A stretch of DNA of 64,000 nt from a bacterium (GCA_963674695.2 CAXXGI010000002.1:32001-96000); one strand, 5' to 3'. Shown: positions 9,998 to 22,298, counted from the first letter of the stretch. Program-made: numbers and translations. Notes: generated by a model from the letters alone, not told the origin.

Positions 9998-10768
9998 ATG
10001 GGAGAGATCACCATCACGCCCGTCGGCGGCGCTACTCCGCTGACGACGCCATCGACCACAACGCCCGCCACAGCTCCGGTGGGGGGCAGCAGCATATTCG
10101 TGGTAACCGTGCTGCCGAAGAAAACCCCCTCGCCGTCACTGCCTGACGCGCGACGCTTTGGAAGCACCGCCGCCGATTACCAGCGCGATCTCGCACGCTT
10201 CAAAGAACACATCCCGACGTTCAGCCCGATCCTGCCCGGGACGAAATGCGCGCAGATCACATCCCTCTTTGGCAAACGACGGCGCAGAAAAAAAGAACGC
10301 GGCGTCGGTGGACCGCGCTGGCGTCGACACCAGGGGGTCGACTTCGCCGCGCTTCGCGGCACGCCGGTGATGGCAGCTGCATCGGGACGCGTCGCCTTTT
10401 CCGGATACAAGCGTGGCTACGGGTGGATCGTCATCATCGATCATGGGTTTGGATTTCAGTCGCGCTATGCGCATCTGAGGCGCAGGTCGAAGTGCCGGAA
10501 GGGCGCACACATCGAGCGGGGCGATCGGATCGGAGGCGTCGGAAACTCCGGACGCAGCACGGGACCGCATCTGCATTTTGAAATTCGAAAAAATGGAAAG
10601 CCGATCGATCCGATGCCGTTCGTGGGGGGCGAGGCCTTCATCACTCCTGGCCGGTCGTGGAGGAAGCTCTTCCGCGGAAAAGCAAACGGAAGATCCAAAA
10701 AAAGCCAAAGACGATCGCCACGCCGATCGCACCGGCCGAAAGCCCGGACCAAAAAGGCGACGCGATGA
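9998..10768 (+). CDS. M23-family metallopeptidase (peptidoglycan endopeptidase-like), no signal peptide
   Basis: HQGVD (HxxxD), YAHL, GRSTGPHLHFEIR; Thr/Pro-rich N-terminus. Confidence 0.88.
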   Translation: MGEITITPVGGATPLTTPSTTTPATAPVGGSSIFVVTVLPKKTPSPSLPDARRFGSTAADYQRDLARFKEHIPTFSPILPGTKCAQITSLFGKRRRRKKERGVGGPRWRRHQGVDFAALRGTPVMAAASGRVAFSGYKRGYGWIVIIDHGFGFQSRYAHLRRRSKCRKGAHIERGDRIGGVGNSGRSTGPHLHFEIRKNGKPIDPMPFVGGEAFITPGRSWRKLFRGKANGRSKKSQRRSPRRSHRPKARTKKATR

Positions 10769-10949
10769 AGGGAAGCGAATAGTCGGGCAACGGCGACGCA
10801 ATCACGGGCGCTTCCGAAGCGCTTTCAATAAATCCCGTCTGCTCGGCCACCCATTCGAGGCCGTCGGGAAAGGCGGAGGCAAACGCCGACGCGAGCGCCA
10901 CGACGGCGAGACAGATCGCGAGCGCGATGACGATCGATCGACGATTCAT
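10641..10949 (-). CDS. PDGLE-domain membrane protein (CbiN/NikN-like ECF component)
   Basis: MNRRSIVIALAICLAVVALASAFASAFPDGLEWVAE...PLPDY; ATGA overlap with cbiM stop. Confidence 0.85.
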   Translation of the reverse strand: MNRRSIVIALAICLAVVALASAFASAFPDGLEWVAEQTGFIESASEAPVIASPLPDYSLPFIASPFWSGLSAGAIGVAIVFGFFWIFRLLFRGRASSTTGQE

Positions 10950-11569
10950 GTGAGCATCTCCGGTTTGACCTTCCCGATGAAGGCAACGACGAGCCAGGTG
11001 ATGATGCCTTCGCCGATGCCGATCACCGCGTGCACACCTGCCATCGCCGGAAGCGCGACGCGCAGCGGAACCGTTCCGGAGAGTGCGAGCTCCCCCGCAC
11101 ACGCGGTCGCGGCCACGACCACCGAGATCCAGGCGCCGAAGAAGACGCCGACGTGTCGCCACGCCGTGGAGCGCCCGAGGCGCGCGATGCTGGCAAAGAT
11201 CGCCCAGCCAACCCAGGTCCCGAGGATGGCCATGTTGAAGACGTTCGCCCCCAGGACGATGAGCCCTCCGTCCTGAAAGACCAGACACTGGACGATGAGC
11301 ACGACGGTGAGGATGAGCGTGGCCGCCATGGGACCGACCACAACCGCGGCGAGCACGCCGCCCATCAGGTGACCGGAGGTCCCTCCAGCGACGGGAAAGT
11401 TGAACATCTGGGCAGCGAAGATGAAGGCCGCCAGCACGCCCATGACGGGGATGAGCCGATCGGCGAAGCGCTTCTTGAGGCGCGCGATCGCCAGCGCCAG
11501 GCCGCCCGCCGAGAGCAGGGCGCACCCGCCGGAGACGGGGAGGTTTAAGAATCCATCTGGAATATGCAT
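10946..11569 (-). CDS. cbiM: ECF Co/Ni transporter substrate-binding component CbiM/NikM
   Basis: Diagnostic MHIPDGFL N-terminus, FAAQMFNFPV, GTSGHLMGG, QDGG. Confidence 0.9.
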   Translation of the reverse strand: MHIPDGFLNLPVSGGCALLSAGGLALAIARLKKRFADRLIPVMGVLAAFIFAAQMFNFPVAGGTSGHLMGGVLAAVVVGPMAATLILTVVLIVQCLVFQDGGLIVLGANVFNMAILGTWVGWAIFASIARLGRSTAWRHVGVFFGAWISVVVAATACAGELALSGTVPLRVALPAMAGVHAVIGIGEGIITWLVVAFIGKVKPEMLT

Positions 11570-11590
11570 GGGCCTCGGCTTTACGGTTGT

Positions 11591-11670
11591 GTCATCCCCG
11601 CATGATGGAAGCGGGAATCCAGCCTTGTGTCTTCCAGACTGGATCCCCGATAGAATCACTCGGGGATGAC
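11591..11670. repeat. REP-like palindromic doublet (degenerate copy)
   Basis: GTCATCCCCGC..GCGGGAATCC ... GGATCCCCG..CGGGGATGAC. Confidence 0.7.
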
Positions 11671-11694
11671 CACTAAAATGAATACAGCTCCTTC

Positions 11695-13419
11695 TTACAC
11701 GACCACGATCTTCTTCGGGCGCCACTTCCCCTTTATGAGATCCATAAACCCGATGTCGTGGTTATACATATACTGCTGCGTCACGCTCATGACCGTGTTC
11801 ACGAGGATGTAGACCACCAGCCCCACCGGCAGGAAGAGCATGAAGGCGGTGAACATGACCGGCATGATCATCATCATCTTCTTCTGCGCCGGATCCGCGG
11901 AGGTCGACGGCATGAGTTTCTGCTGCGCCACCATGAAGACGCCCAGGAGAATCGGCGTGATGTAATAGGGATCGGGCGCCGAGAGGTCCTTATAGATCCA
12001 GAAGAAGGGCGCGTGATAGAGTTCGATCGAGTTCCACAAGACCTTATAGAGGGCGATGTAGATCGGGAACTGCAACAGCATCGGCAGGCATCCGCCCATC
12101 GGGTTCACCTTGTGCGCCCGAAAGAGCTGCATCGTCTCCTGGTTGAGCCGCTGCTTGTCGTCCTTGTACTTCGCCTGCAACTCCTTGAGCTTCGGCTGGA
12201 GCTGCTGCATCGCCTTCATCGACTTGAGCGACTTCTTGTTGATCGGATGGAGCAGGAGCTTGGCACAGATCGTCAGCAGGATGATGGCGATGCCGTAGTT
12301 GTGCACGATGGAGTAGAAGAATTTCAACACATAGAGGATGGGGACCGCGATGACCGTGAACCATCCATAGTCGATGGCGTCGTCGAGGTGCACGCCGATC
12401 GCCTTGAGATCGTTGATCTCCTTTGGCCCTGCATAGGCGGAGAAGGTGACCGTGCTGCTCGCCCCCGCCGGGATGACCGTCTGCGGCATGACCGCCCCGG
12501 CAAAGACCGCATGCGTCCCTGCGGGCGATCCGTCCGGCGCGGGTGCGGCGCCATATTCAGCGGCCAGACCCATGCCCTGCAGGCGCGGCACAATGACCGA
12601 GAGAAAATAACGGCTCTCCAGGCCCGACCAGAGCACCGCTCCTCCCTGTTCCGTACGCGGACCCATCTTGGCCGCATCCTTCTCGCGTTCAACATTGCCA
12701 TCCAGATAATAGAGCGGCGTCATGCTCTCGACGTTCGGCTGTTTCATGAAACCCAAGAGCCCACCGCTGCCCTGGGCGGGCAGAACCATGCCGCTCCAGG
12801 TCATCGCGGGACGCCCCCGGAGGACCCCTCCGCTGCGATTGCGTAGGACAATCCCCACCTCGACGAGATAGTTCTTCGGATCGAAGGCATAGCTCTTCTC
12901 GACCTCGAGCTCCTTCGAACGCCAGCGAAAGACCGCGCCGCTGGCCGATGATTCCACCAGCTCATACCGCGGCTTTTCCGGAAAGGCGAAGGTGGCCCCC
13001 TGAAAGGAGAGGGCGGTCGGCGCGGGGAGGTTCGGCACCTTCTGCACCAGTTCGATCAACGGACTGTTTGCATCGGTTCCCTGATGGTATCCCTTGATGC
13101 GCCAGGAGGCAGGAACGCCGCCGTCGGTCGTGAGCTCCACCTCATAGAGATCGTTTGTAATGGTGACCGTTTTAATCGGCAGGTTTGCCTGCGGATCGAT
13201 TGTCGTCGGCACCGCAGCAGCCGCTGTCGTTTCCGCCGGCGTCGTCGTGACGGCCGGTGCTGGCGCCGTCGCCGCTGCCGTTTCGGCCGCGACAGGCGCG
13301 TTCGTCACGGTGCTCGCCGGTGCGGTCGGCTCCTGTGCCGGCTTGATCACCGTGAACCAGAGGAGGAAGAATCCTGCCGACAGCGCAATGGCGAGAATGC
13401 CGCGATGTTGCGATTTCAT
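11695..13419 (-). CDS. yidC: Membrane protein insertase YidC
   Basis: YAGPKE, IDYGWF, NYGIAIILLT, NPMGGCLPMLLQFPI, DLSAPDPYYI; synteny with yidD-rnpA-rpmH. Confidence 0.97.
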   Translation of the reverse strand: MKSQHRGILAIALSAGFFLLWFTVIKPAQEPTAPASTVTNAPVAAETAAATAPAPAVTTTPAETTAAAAVPTTIDPQANLPIKTVTITNDLYEVELTTDGGVPASWRIKGYHQGTDANSPLIELVQKVPNLPAPTALSFQGATFAFPEKPRYELVESSASGAVFRWRSKELEVEKSYAFDPKNYLVEVGIVLRNRSGGVLRGRPAMTWSGMVLPAQGSGGLLGFMKQPNVESMTPLYYLDGNVEREKDAAKMGPRTEQGGAVLWSGLESRYFLSVIVPRLQGMGLAAEYGAAPAPDGSPAGTHAVFAGAVMPQTVIPAGASSTVTFSAYAGPKEINDLKAIGVHLDDAIDYGWFTVIAVPILYVLKFFYSIVHNYGIAIILLTICAKLLLHPINKKSLKSMKAMQQLQPKLKELQAKYKDDKQRLNQETMQLFRAHKVNPMGGCLPMLLQFPIYIALYKVLWNSIELYHAPFFWIYKDLSAPDPYYITPILLGVFMVAQQKLMPSTSADPAQKKMMMIMPVMFTAFMLFLPVGLVVYILVNTVMSVTQQYMYNHDIGFMDLIKGKWRPKKIVVV

Positions 13420-13426
13420 GAAAGCC

Positions 13427-13666
13427 TCATTTCGTTGGGGTTGATACCGTCGGCACCGGATCGACGCCGCCGGCATTCCAGGGGCCACACTTGACGAGCC
13501 GCGCTGCAATCAGTTGCAGTGCCCGCGACCAATAATGCGTTTCAAGCGCTTCGCGCGCATAGGCCGAACAGGTCGGATGAAAGCGACACCCACCTCCCAG
13601 CGCATGCACGACCGGCGAGAGAGCCACGCGATAAGCGTCGATCATCCAGATGAGCAATCGGTTCAT
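13427..13666 (-). CDS. yidD: Membrane protein insertion efficiency factor YidD
   Basis: CRFHPTCSAYA, KCGPWNAGGVDPVP. Confidence 0.93.
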   Translation of the reverse strand: MNRLLIWMIDAYRVALSPVVHALGGGCRFHPTCSAYAREALETHYWSRALQLIAARLVKCGPWNAGGVDPVPTVSTPTK

Positions 13667-14025
13667 GCTTTCTCCGGTGGTTTTCGCTTGGGCCTCGATG
13701 CCCATCGTGTCAGCGCGCTTTCCAGATCATGTCGAATGACGCTGTTGGGAAGCTCAGCCGCGCCGGCAAAGGGAATAACGACGCAGTCGCCCTGAGGAAA
13801 CCGATCGCGGTGGAGCCGAAAGAACTCTCGAACGACGCGCTTGAAGCGATTGCGATCGTGCGCTTTTCCCGCGCGCCGTGAAACCGCAAGCCCTAATCGT
13901 TGCGCGTCGCCCGCGAGTACCGCCACACGAAGACAACCGCTTCGCGTCGCGCGCCCCTGCTCGCGAACCGCAGCAAACTCCTCGGCACGCAGCAAGCGCG
14001 CCGACTTTGGGAATCGATGCGCCAT
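13663..14025 (-). CDS. rnpA: Ribonuclease P protein component
   Basis: FPKSARL, RLGLAVSRRAGKAHDRNRFKRVVRE (RNR motif). Confidence 0.95.
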   Translation of the reverse strand: MAHRFPKSARLLRAEEFAAVREQGRATRSGCLRVAVLAGDAQRLGLAVSRRAGKAHDRNRFKRVVREFFRLHRDRFPQGDCVVIPFAGAAELPNSVIRHDLESALTRWASRPKRKPPEKA

Positions 14026-14038
14026 GGAAACAGGGTCA

Positions 14039-14176
14039 TCAGTCGGCAGCGAGGCGGACGCGCCCCTTTGCGCGGCGGTTGTTGATGATCTTGCGGCCGC
14101 TCTTCGTCTTCATTCGCGCGCGAAACCCTAAGCGGCGCTTCCGTCGTCTGTTGCTTGGTTGGTAGGTACGTTTCAT
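14039..14176 (-). CDS. rpmH: 50S ribosomal protein L34 (absent from ORF track)
   Basis: Manual translation [45 protein letters not shown]. Confidence 0.97.
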   Translation of the reverse strand: MKRTYQPSNRRRKRRLGFRARMKTKSGRKIINNRRAKGRVRLAAD

Positions 14177-14364
14177 TTTTTCACTTCCTCTTCAGGTGAT
14201 GCCCCCGAACCCTTCATGTAGAGTCAAAAAATGACGGCTAATTGCCGTCACCGCGGGAACTTCTTCATCGTCATCGACCGTTCGCGTTTGCGGCGCACAT
14301 ACATATAATTTTTCCGCCCAGAGTCAAGGCGATTTTTCGCTTATTCCAAGACGAGTTAAACCAC

Positions 14365-14633
14365 TTATCCACTTTTTTTTGTTTTTACCTTGCAAAGGTT
14401 CACCGCTCTCAAATAGGAACAGTTTCGTCACACGATGAAAACTTCAACACGGAATGACATGCGCCCCTTCTTTTTTCACAGCCATTCACCTTCGACGATG
14501 TCCGTCAGATCCAAAAGCGCGCATGGATCGACCAAGCAGCCCCGACGCCTCTTCCGAGTGGCCGTGGAGCTATCACACTAACGCGCGCATGGGAACCCCC
14601 GTTATCCACACCTGTGGGTAATGCTGTGGACTT
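14365..14633. promoter_or_regulatory. DnaA boxes in the dnaA promoter region
   Basis: TTATCCACA 14602-14610, TGTGGGTAA 14613-14621, TTTTTCACA 14472-14480, TTATCCACT 14365-14373. Confidence 0.75.
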
Positions 14634-14641
14634 TTTGACCA

Positions 14642-15979
14642 ATGGCCAACTTGCTCGAACAACTCCGCAACAATATCAAGAGTAAAATCAGCGACTTAAA
14701 CTATACAACCTGGTTTCGCCCCATCATTGACGCCAACGTCAAGGATGGTGTTTTTACGCTCGTCGTCCCCAACAAATTCGTCGCCGACTGGATCAGCGAC
14801 TACTATCAGGACCTGATTCGCCAGGAGCTCTTTCGGCTCACCGAGGCCAATTATCGCATCGGCTACCTGGTCGCGCCCGAGGCCGAAATCGAGACGCCCG
14901 AGGTTGCGCCAAAACAGACGCCCACCTCCCCGGCGATGCCGCGCGTGCGCACGGTCGACCATCTCAACCCGAAGTATGATTTCGATCGCTTCGTCGTGGG
15001 AAGTTCCAATCAGTTCGCCCATGCCGCCTGCAAGGCGGTCGCCGACCTGCCCGGCGGTCATTACAATCCGCTGTTCATCTATGGCGGCGTCGGCCTGGGA
15101 AAAACTCACCTCCTGCACGCCGTCGGACTCGGCGCGCTGGCACGTCGTCCAGAGACGCAGATCATCTATGTGAGCGCTGAGAAGTTCATGAACGAGCTGA
15201 TCAACGCTATTCGCTATGAAAAGATGCCGTCCTTTCGGCAGAAGTACCGCGATCGGTGCGAAGTGCTGCTCATCGACGACATCCAGTTTCTCGGGGGCAA
15301 GGAGCGCACGCAGGAGGAGTTCTTTCACACCTTCAACGCCCTCCATGAATCACAGCGCCAGATCGTGCTGACCAGTGACAAACTGCCGCGCGACATTAAG
15401 GGGATCGAAGAGCGGCTGCGCTCGCGCTTCGAGTGGGGGCTGATCGCCGACATCCAGGCACCCGACCTCGAGACGCGCATTGCCATCCTGCGCAAAAAGG
15501 CCGAGGCCTCAAATCTCTCCTGTCCGGACGACATGTCGATGTATCTGGCCAGCTGCATCAAGAGCAACGTCCGCGAGCTCGAGGGGAGCCTCATTCGCAT
15601 CAACGCCTTTGCCTCGCTCACCGGCGTACCCGTTTCGCTCGCACTCGCCCAGGAGATCCTGGGCAACACCATCGGGCGCACGCAGGACTTGGTCGCCACG
15701 ATCGAGTCGATCCAGAAGATGGTCGCGGGGTATTACAACGTGGGGATCTCCGATCTCAAATCGCCCCGGCGCCTCAAGGTGATCGCCTATCCGCGCCAGA
15801 TCGCCATGTACCTCTGCAAGAAACACCTCAAGACGTCATTTCCAGAGATCGGTGGAAAGTTCGGCGGGAAAGATCACACGACCGTCATGCACGCCTGCCG
15901 CAAGATCGAACGCCTACTCGCTAGCGACGCCTCCCTCCAGAACGACATCGCCCGTCTCGAAAAGAGTATTCTGCAGTAG
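14642..15979 (+). CDS. dnaA: Chromosomal replication initiator DnaA
   Basis: YNPLFIYGGVGLGKTHL, LLIDDIQF, TQEEFFHTFN, RLRSRFEWGL, GGKDHTTVMHA. Confidence 0.99.
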   Translation: MANLLEQLRNNIKSKISDLNYTTWFRPIIDANVKDGVFTLVVPNKFVADWISDYYQDLIRQELFRLTEANYRIGYLVAPEAEIETPEVAPKQTPTSPAMPRVRTVDHLNPKYDFDRFVVGSSNQFAHAACKAVADLPGGHYNPLFIYGGVGLGKTHLLHAVGLGALARRPETQIIYVSAEKFMNELINAIRYEKMPSFRQKYRDRCEVLLIDDIQFLGGKERTQEEFFHTFNALHESQRQIVLTSDKLPRDIKGIEERLRSRFEWGLIADIQAPDLETRIAILRKKAEASNLSCPDDMSMYLASCIKSNVRELEGSLIRINAFASLTGVPVSLALAQEILGNTIGRTQDLVATIESIQKMVAGYYNVGISDLKSPRRLKVIAYPRQIAMYLCKKHLKTSFPEIGGKFGGKDHTTVMHACRKIERLLASDASLQNDIARLEKSILQ

Positions 15980-15998
15980 GGTTGAGCTCGTACCAATT

Positions 15999-16183
15999 TA
16001 ACCCTAATTCGGCAATAATTCTAGAGCAAATCTCTTCCAGCCGTTGTCATCCCCGCGAAAGCGGGGATCTCGATGCTCACCGTAACATCAACCAAAGGTG
16101 GACTTTGAAAACGGAAGAAACATCGAGATTCCCGCCTGCGCGGGAATGACAAAACAAGGGATTCTTTTGCCGGATTAGGGCTA
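15999..16183. mobile_element. MITE-like element carrying a REP doublet (16046-16150)
   Basis: Terminal inverted repeats TAACCCTAATTCGGCAA / TTGCCGGATTAGGGCTA (15 of 17) enclosing GTCATCCCCGCG...CGCGGGAATGAC. Confidence 0.55.
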
Positions 16184-16210
16184 ATTATTCCAGATGGATG
16201 TCTCCATCTC

Positions 16211-16355
16211 AGACTGCTGACAAAGCCTTCTCGTGCTGTCATTCTTGTAAAACCAAAGATTGTCATTCCCGCGAAGACGGGAATCTCGCTTTTTGCGGTA
16301 CACCGAGATCCCCGCCTGCGCGGGGATGACAAAAACACACGTTTGTCATCAGCCT
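16211..16355. mobile_element. Second MITE-like element carrying a REP doublet (16262-16330)
   Basis: Inverted ends AGACTGCTGACAAA / TTTGTCATCAGCCT (12 of 14) enclosing GTCATTCCCGCGAAGACGGGAATC...CGGGGATGAC. Confidence 0.5.
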
Positions 16356-16384
16356 CATCGATGCCGCTCTTTTTATTCCCCAGC

Positions 16385-16612
16385 CCTCCGGGATAACCCT
16401 GTGGACTGCTGTGAATTGCGTGTTGACACTTCGCGCCTCGGTGGATTACTTCTCATCCATCAGGGGATGAGTCGGGATAAGGTGCCTTTTTCCACATTGG
16501 CTCACGGTCGAGAAACGCTTTTGTATTCACCGTTTCCCTCACTTATCCCTGTTTCCACAGCCCCTACTACGACTACTGTTCTTTCTTTTAATAAAGAAAA
16601 AAGAACTAAAGA
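16385..16612. other. Replication origin oriC (DnaA boxes, DnaA-trios, AT-rich unwinding element)
   Basis: Several degenerate boxes (TTTTCCACA 16488-16496, TTATCCCTG 16543, GTTTCCACA 16551) then GCCC, CTACTACGACTACT trios and an AT-rich tract directly before dnaN, matching the B. subtilis-type basal unwinding system. Confidence 0.85.
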
Positions 16613-16641
16613 AGAGAGACCAACCCCCAAGAGAGGCCTTC

Positions 16642-17754
16642 ATGGAAATCAAAATCACACGTGCGGAGATGCTCAAAGGACTGGGACTCGTTCAGGGAAT
16701 CGTCGAGCGCAAGACGACGATGCCGATCCTTTCGAACGTCCTGTTCGAAGCGAAGGATAAATCGCTCGTTCTGACGGCGACCGATCTCGAGGTGGGAATT
16801 ACCGGTGCCTATCCCGCCGACGTGATGACCGAGGGGAAGATCGCGATCCACGCCCGCAGCATCTACGATATCGTGCGCGAACTTCCCGAGGAGATGGTGC
16901 ACCTCAAGGCCGTCGATGGCAATTGGGTGGAGGTGCGATGTGGACGAAGCAAATTTCGCATCGTCGGTCTCTCGCCGGATGAATTTCCCGCACTGCCCAC
17001 GAAGGGGAAGGGGGATGTGCAGCGCATCGAGGCCAGAGCCCTTCGTGAGATGATCGAGCGCACCTCCTTTGCGATGTCCACCGACGAAACGCGGTTTAAC
17101 TTGAATGGCGCCTACCTCGATCCATCCGGAACCGGGAAAGAGGCGAAGCTGCGCATGGTGGCCACGGATGGGCATCGACTCTCGATCGTCGAGCGGCCGA
17201 TCGCGGCGAAGTGGGGGCTCAAAAAAGGCGTGCTCATTCCGCGAAAGGGCGTGCTCGAGATCAAACGTCTCCTCGACGGCGTCGAAGAGGGGATCGACCT
17301 CTGGATCGATGAGAAGCACGTGATCGCCTATCGGGACAATATCACGCTCGTGGTGCGGCTCATCGACGGGCAGTTCCCTCCCTACGAACAGGTCGTGCCG
17401 AAGGAGAGCAAGCGCATCGTCCAGGTCAGTCGCCAGGAACTCATGCGTGCGCTCAAGCGCGTCTCCGTCCTCTCTACCGATCGGACGCGCGGGGTTAAAT
17501 TCTCCATCTCGCCGAAGAATATGGATATTTACGCCTCCAATCCGGATGTCGGCGAGGCGCGCGAGGAGCTCACCGCCGACTATAAGGGCGAAGCGTTCGA
17601 GGTGGGGTTCAATGCCAAATATTTTCTCGATGCGCTCGGCAGTATCAGCGACGAGACCGCCGCGATCAGTATGGGGGATGAAACGGCCCCCTGCGTCCTG
17701 CGCAGCGAGCACGATTCCGGCTTTACGCACGTGATCATGCCGATGCGGTTATAA
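16642..17754 (+). CDS. dnaN: DNA polymerase III beta sliding clamp
   Basis: TMPILSNVL, LTATDLE, VATDGHRL, RLIDGQFPPYEQVVP, GFNAKY, IMPMRL. Confidence 0.98.
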   Translation: MEIKITRAEMLKGLGLVQGIVERKTTMPILSNVLFEAKDKSLVLTATDLEVGITGAYPADVMTEGKIAIHARSIYDIVRELPEEMVHLKAVDGNWVEVRCGRSKFRIVGLSPDEFPALPTKGKGDVQRIEARALREMIERTSFAMSTDETRFNLNGAYLDPSGTGKEAKLRMVATDGHRLSIVERPIAAKWGLKKGVLIPRKGVLEIKRLLDGVEEGIDLWIDEKHVIAYRDNITLVVRLIDGQFPPYEQVVPKESKRIVQVSRQELMRALKRVSVLSTDRTRGVKFSISPKNMDIYASNPDVGEAREELTADYKGEAFEVGFNAKYFLDALGSISDETAAISMGDETAPCVLRSEHDSGFTHVIMPMRL

Positions 17755-17767
17755 TAGAAACAATTTC

Positions 17768-18886
17768 ATGCACATTACCTCTCTTCACCTGCGCAGCTTT
17801 CGCAATATCGGCGAGGAGCGCATCGAGTTGTCGCCTGCGTTCAATCTCTTCGTGGGTCCAAATGCACAGGGCAAGACCAACGTCGTCGAAGCGGTGGGGC
17901 TCCTCTCCATCGGCCGCTCCTTTCGTACCTCCGAATTTCGCGACATGATTCAGTGGAAATCGCCCACAGGGGCCGTGCGCGCGCAAACGGTGGGGGAGGC
18001 GGGGGGCGACGACCTTCACGTCACGCTCGACGAGAGCCGCAAGACGTTCCTGCGCAACCAGAAGCGGACGCGCCCTGGTGGATTTTCCGGCATGCGGATC
18101 GTGCTCTTTGCGCCCGAGGAGATCGGCCTCATCCGGGGCTCCCCCGCAGGGCGACGGCGCTATCTCGATACCCTTATCGGCCAGCTCGTCCCCGGCTATC
18201 GCACGACCGTGCGCAACTATGAGCGCGTCGTCGCACAGCGCAACCGCCTCCTGCAGGACGATGCTCAACCACGCAACCTGCGGGAAGCGGCGATGCCGGC
18301 CTGGGATACCCAGATCATACAGCTCGGTGCAGCGATCATCTCCACACGCCAGCGTTGGATCGGCGAGATCAATCGGTTTCTCCCCCACCGATACAACGCG
18401 ATTGCGCCAAACGATGCTCCGGCAACGCTTCACTACTGCCCCCACGACGGCGCAGGCGCGCTCGTGTTGGACGAACAGGCCCTTCGCCAGGCCCTGAGTC
18501 AGGCCCTCACCGCGCGTTGCTCCGACGAGTGGATACGCGGCGTCACGCTCGTCGGTCCCCATCGCGACGAGATCGAACCGATCATCGGCGACAATACCGT
18601 CAAACACTTCGGCTCACAGGGGCAGCACCGCACCTTCGTCCTGGCGCTCAAGATCGCCGAGGTGGAGCTGATGCGCGAGATCACCGGCGAGATGCCGATC
18701 CTTATCCTCGACGACGTGGCCAGTGAACTCGATGCTGCAAGGCGGCGCTATTTCTTCGACTATCTCTGCGCCATTCAGGGGCAGGTCTTCATCACCGCGA
18801 CGAGCCCCGATGACGTGGGGCTTGGGTCCCAGGCACAGGTGCGCTGCTTCGATGTTGTCGCTGGGCACATTGATATCCGCAAATGA
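17768..18886 (+). CDS. recF: DNA replication/repair protein RecF
   Basis: FRN, GPNAQGKTN, GPHRD, GSQGQ, ILDDVASELD. Confidence 0.97.
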   Translation: MHITSLHLRSFRNIGEERIELSPAFNLFVGPNAQGKTNVVEAVGLLSIGRSFRTSEFRDMIQWKSPTGAVRAQTVGEAGGDDLHVTLDESRKTFLRNQKRTRPGGFSGMRIVLFAPEEIGLIRGSPAGRRRYLDTLIGQLVPGYRTTVRNYERVVAQRNRLLQDDAQPRNLREAAMPAWDTQIIQLGAAIISTRQRWIGEINRFLPHRYNAIAPNDAPATLHYCPHDGAGALVLDEQALRQALSQALTARCSDEWIRGVTLVGPHRDEIEPIIGDNTVKHFGSQGQHRTFVLALKIAEVELMREITGEMPILILDDVASELDAARRRYFFDYLCAIQGQVFITATSPDDVGLGSQAQVRCFDVVAGHIDIRK

Positions 18887-18983
18887 TGCTATAGCAATGT
18901 TTGCGGCGATTTTCCCTCTGCCATTTTGCTTTACTTCCCCCGGTCGGTGTGGTACTCCCCTTCGCGTCTCACGCATACACTGA

Positions 18984-21560
<2,577 letters not shown>

Positions 21561-21565
21561 TTGGT

Positions 21566-21634
21566 GTCATCCCCGCGAACGCGGGGATCTCGATTGGCCA
21601 TTACGAGCGAGATTCCCGCCTGCGCGGGAATGAC
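21566..21634. repeat. REP-like palindromic doublet
   Basis: GTCATCCCCGCGAACGCGGGGATCTCG...CGAGATTCCCGCCTGCGCGGGAATGAC. Confidence 0.85.
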
Positions 21635-21674
21635 AATCTCTGTTTTGCGGGAATGGCAGGTTCAAGGGGTGAAC

Positions 21675-21720
21675 AAAAAAACGGCCGGTGGAGATCGTCT
21701 CCGCCGGCCGTTTGTGTTTT
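21675..21720. terminator. Probable bidirectional intrinsic terminator
   Basis: A-tract, CGGCCGGTGGAGA/TCTCCGCCGGCCG stem, T-rich tail, between convergent genes. Confidence 0.75.
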
Positions 21721-21736
21721 CGATAGACTCGATTTC

Positions 21737-22222
21737 CTACCCGATCTTCAGGCTCTTCAAAAACAGCTGGAACGGCTTGTAGTAGTCGTTGAATTTGTCG
21801 TCGGGAAAGCTGGCCGTCATGTTGATGGCGAGCTTCTCTTTCAACAGCGTCACCTGCACCTGCTTGACGATCTGTCCCGGCTGGACGTTCGGGGCCGGCT
21901 TGTCCGGCTGCTGCTGCTTCATCATCTCGGCCATGGCGGAGACATCCCAGCTGCAGACCATCATCTTGCCGCGCACGCCGGAGATGGCGATATCCTTCTC
22001 GTCCGAGATTTTGAGGTCCTTGATGCCGCGTTTCTGGATGGAATCTTTGATGCGGCCGAAGTAGCTGGTCAGGTCGATCTCCTGGGGCAGGTACTCCTTG
22101 GTGAGAATGACATTCGGCTTGACGTTGGGGTCCGAAGAAGGCAACGTCAGCGTCAACATCCCCTGAACGTTCCAGTCTTCGGGGGTTTGCGCGGATAGAT
22201 CACCGATTTGAATCTGTGGCAT
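21737..22222 (-). CDS. Hypothetical protein, possibly PsbP/DcrB (DUF1795)-like
   Basis: GGAGG RBS before MPQIQIG; PEDW near N-terminus, KPNVILTKE; fold call is pattern-based only. Confidence 0.65.
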   Translation of the reverse strand: MPQIQIGDLSAQTPEDWNVQGMLTLTLPSSDPNVKPNVILTKEYLPQEIDLTSYFGRIKDSIQKRGIKDLKISDEKDIAISGVRGKMMVCSWDVSAMAEMMKQQQPDKPAPNVQPGQIVKQVQVTLLKEKLAINMTASFPDDKFNDYYKPFQLFLKSLKIG

Positions 22223-22298
22223 AAGCCCTCCTTTTTCGTGTTCGGCGACGCTAACACGGATATATGGGGGGCACAAGTGGATTTGAGGTAGGTTGCCG

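Noticed and set aside
11570-11695. Cobalamin riboswitch upstream of cbiM
   Set aside because: The spacer is short and occupied by a REP-like element; no B12-box recognised
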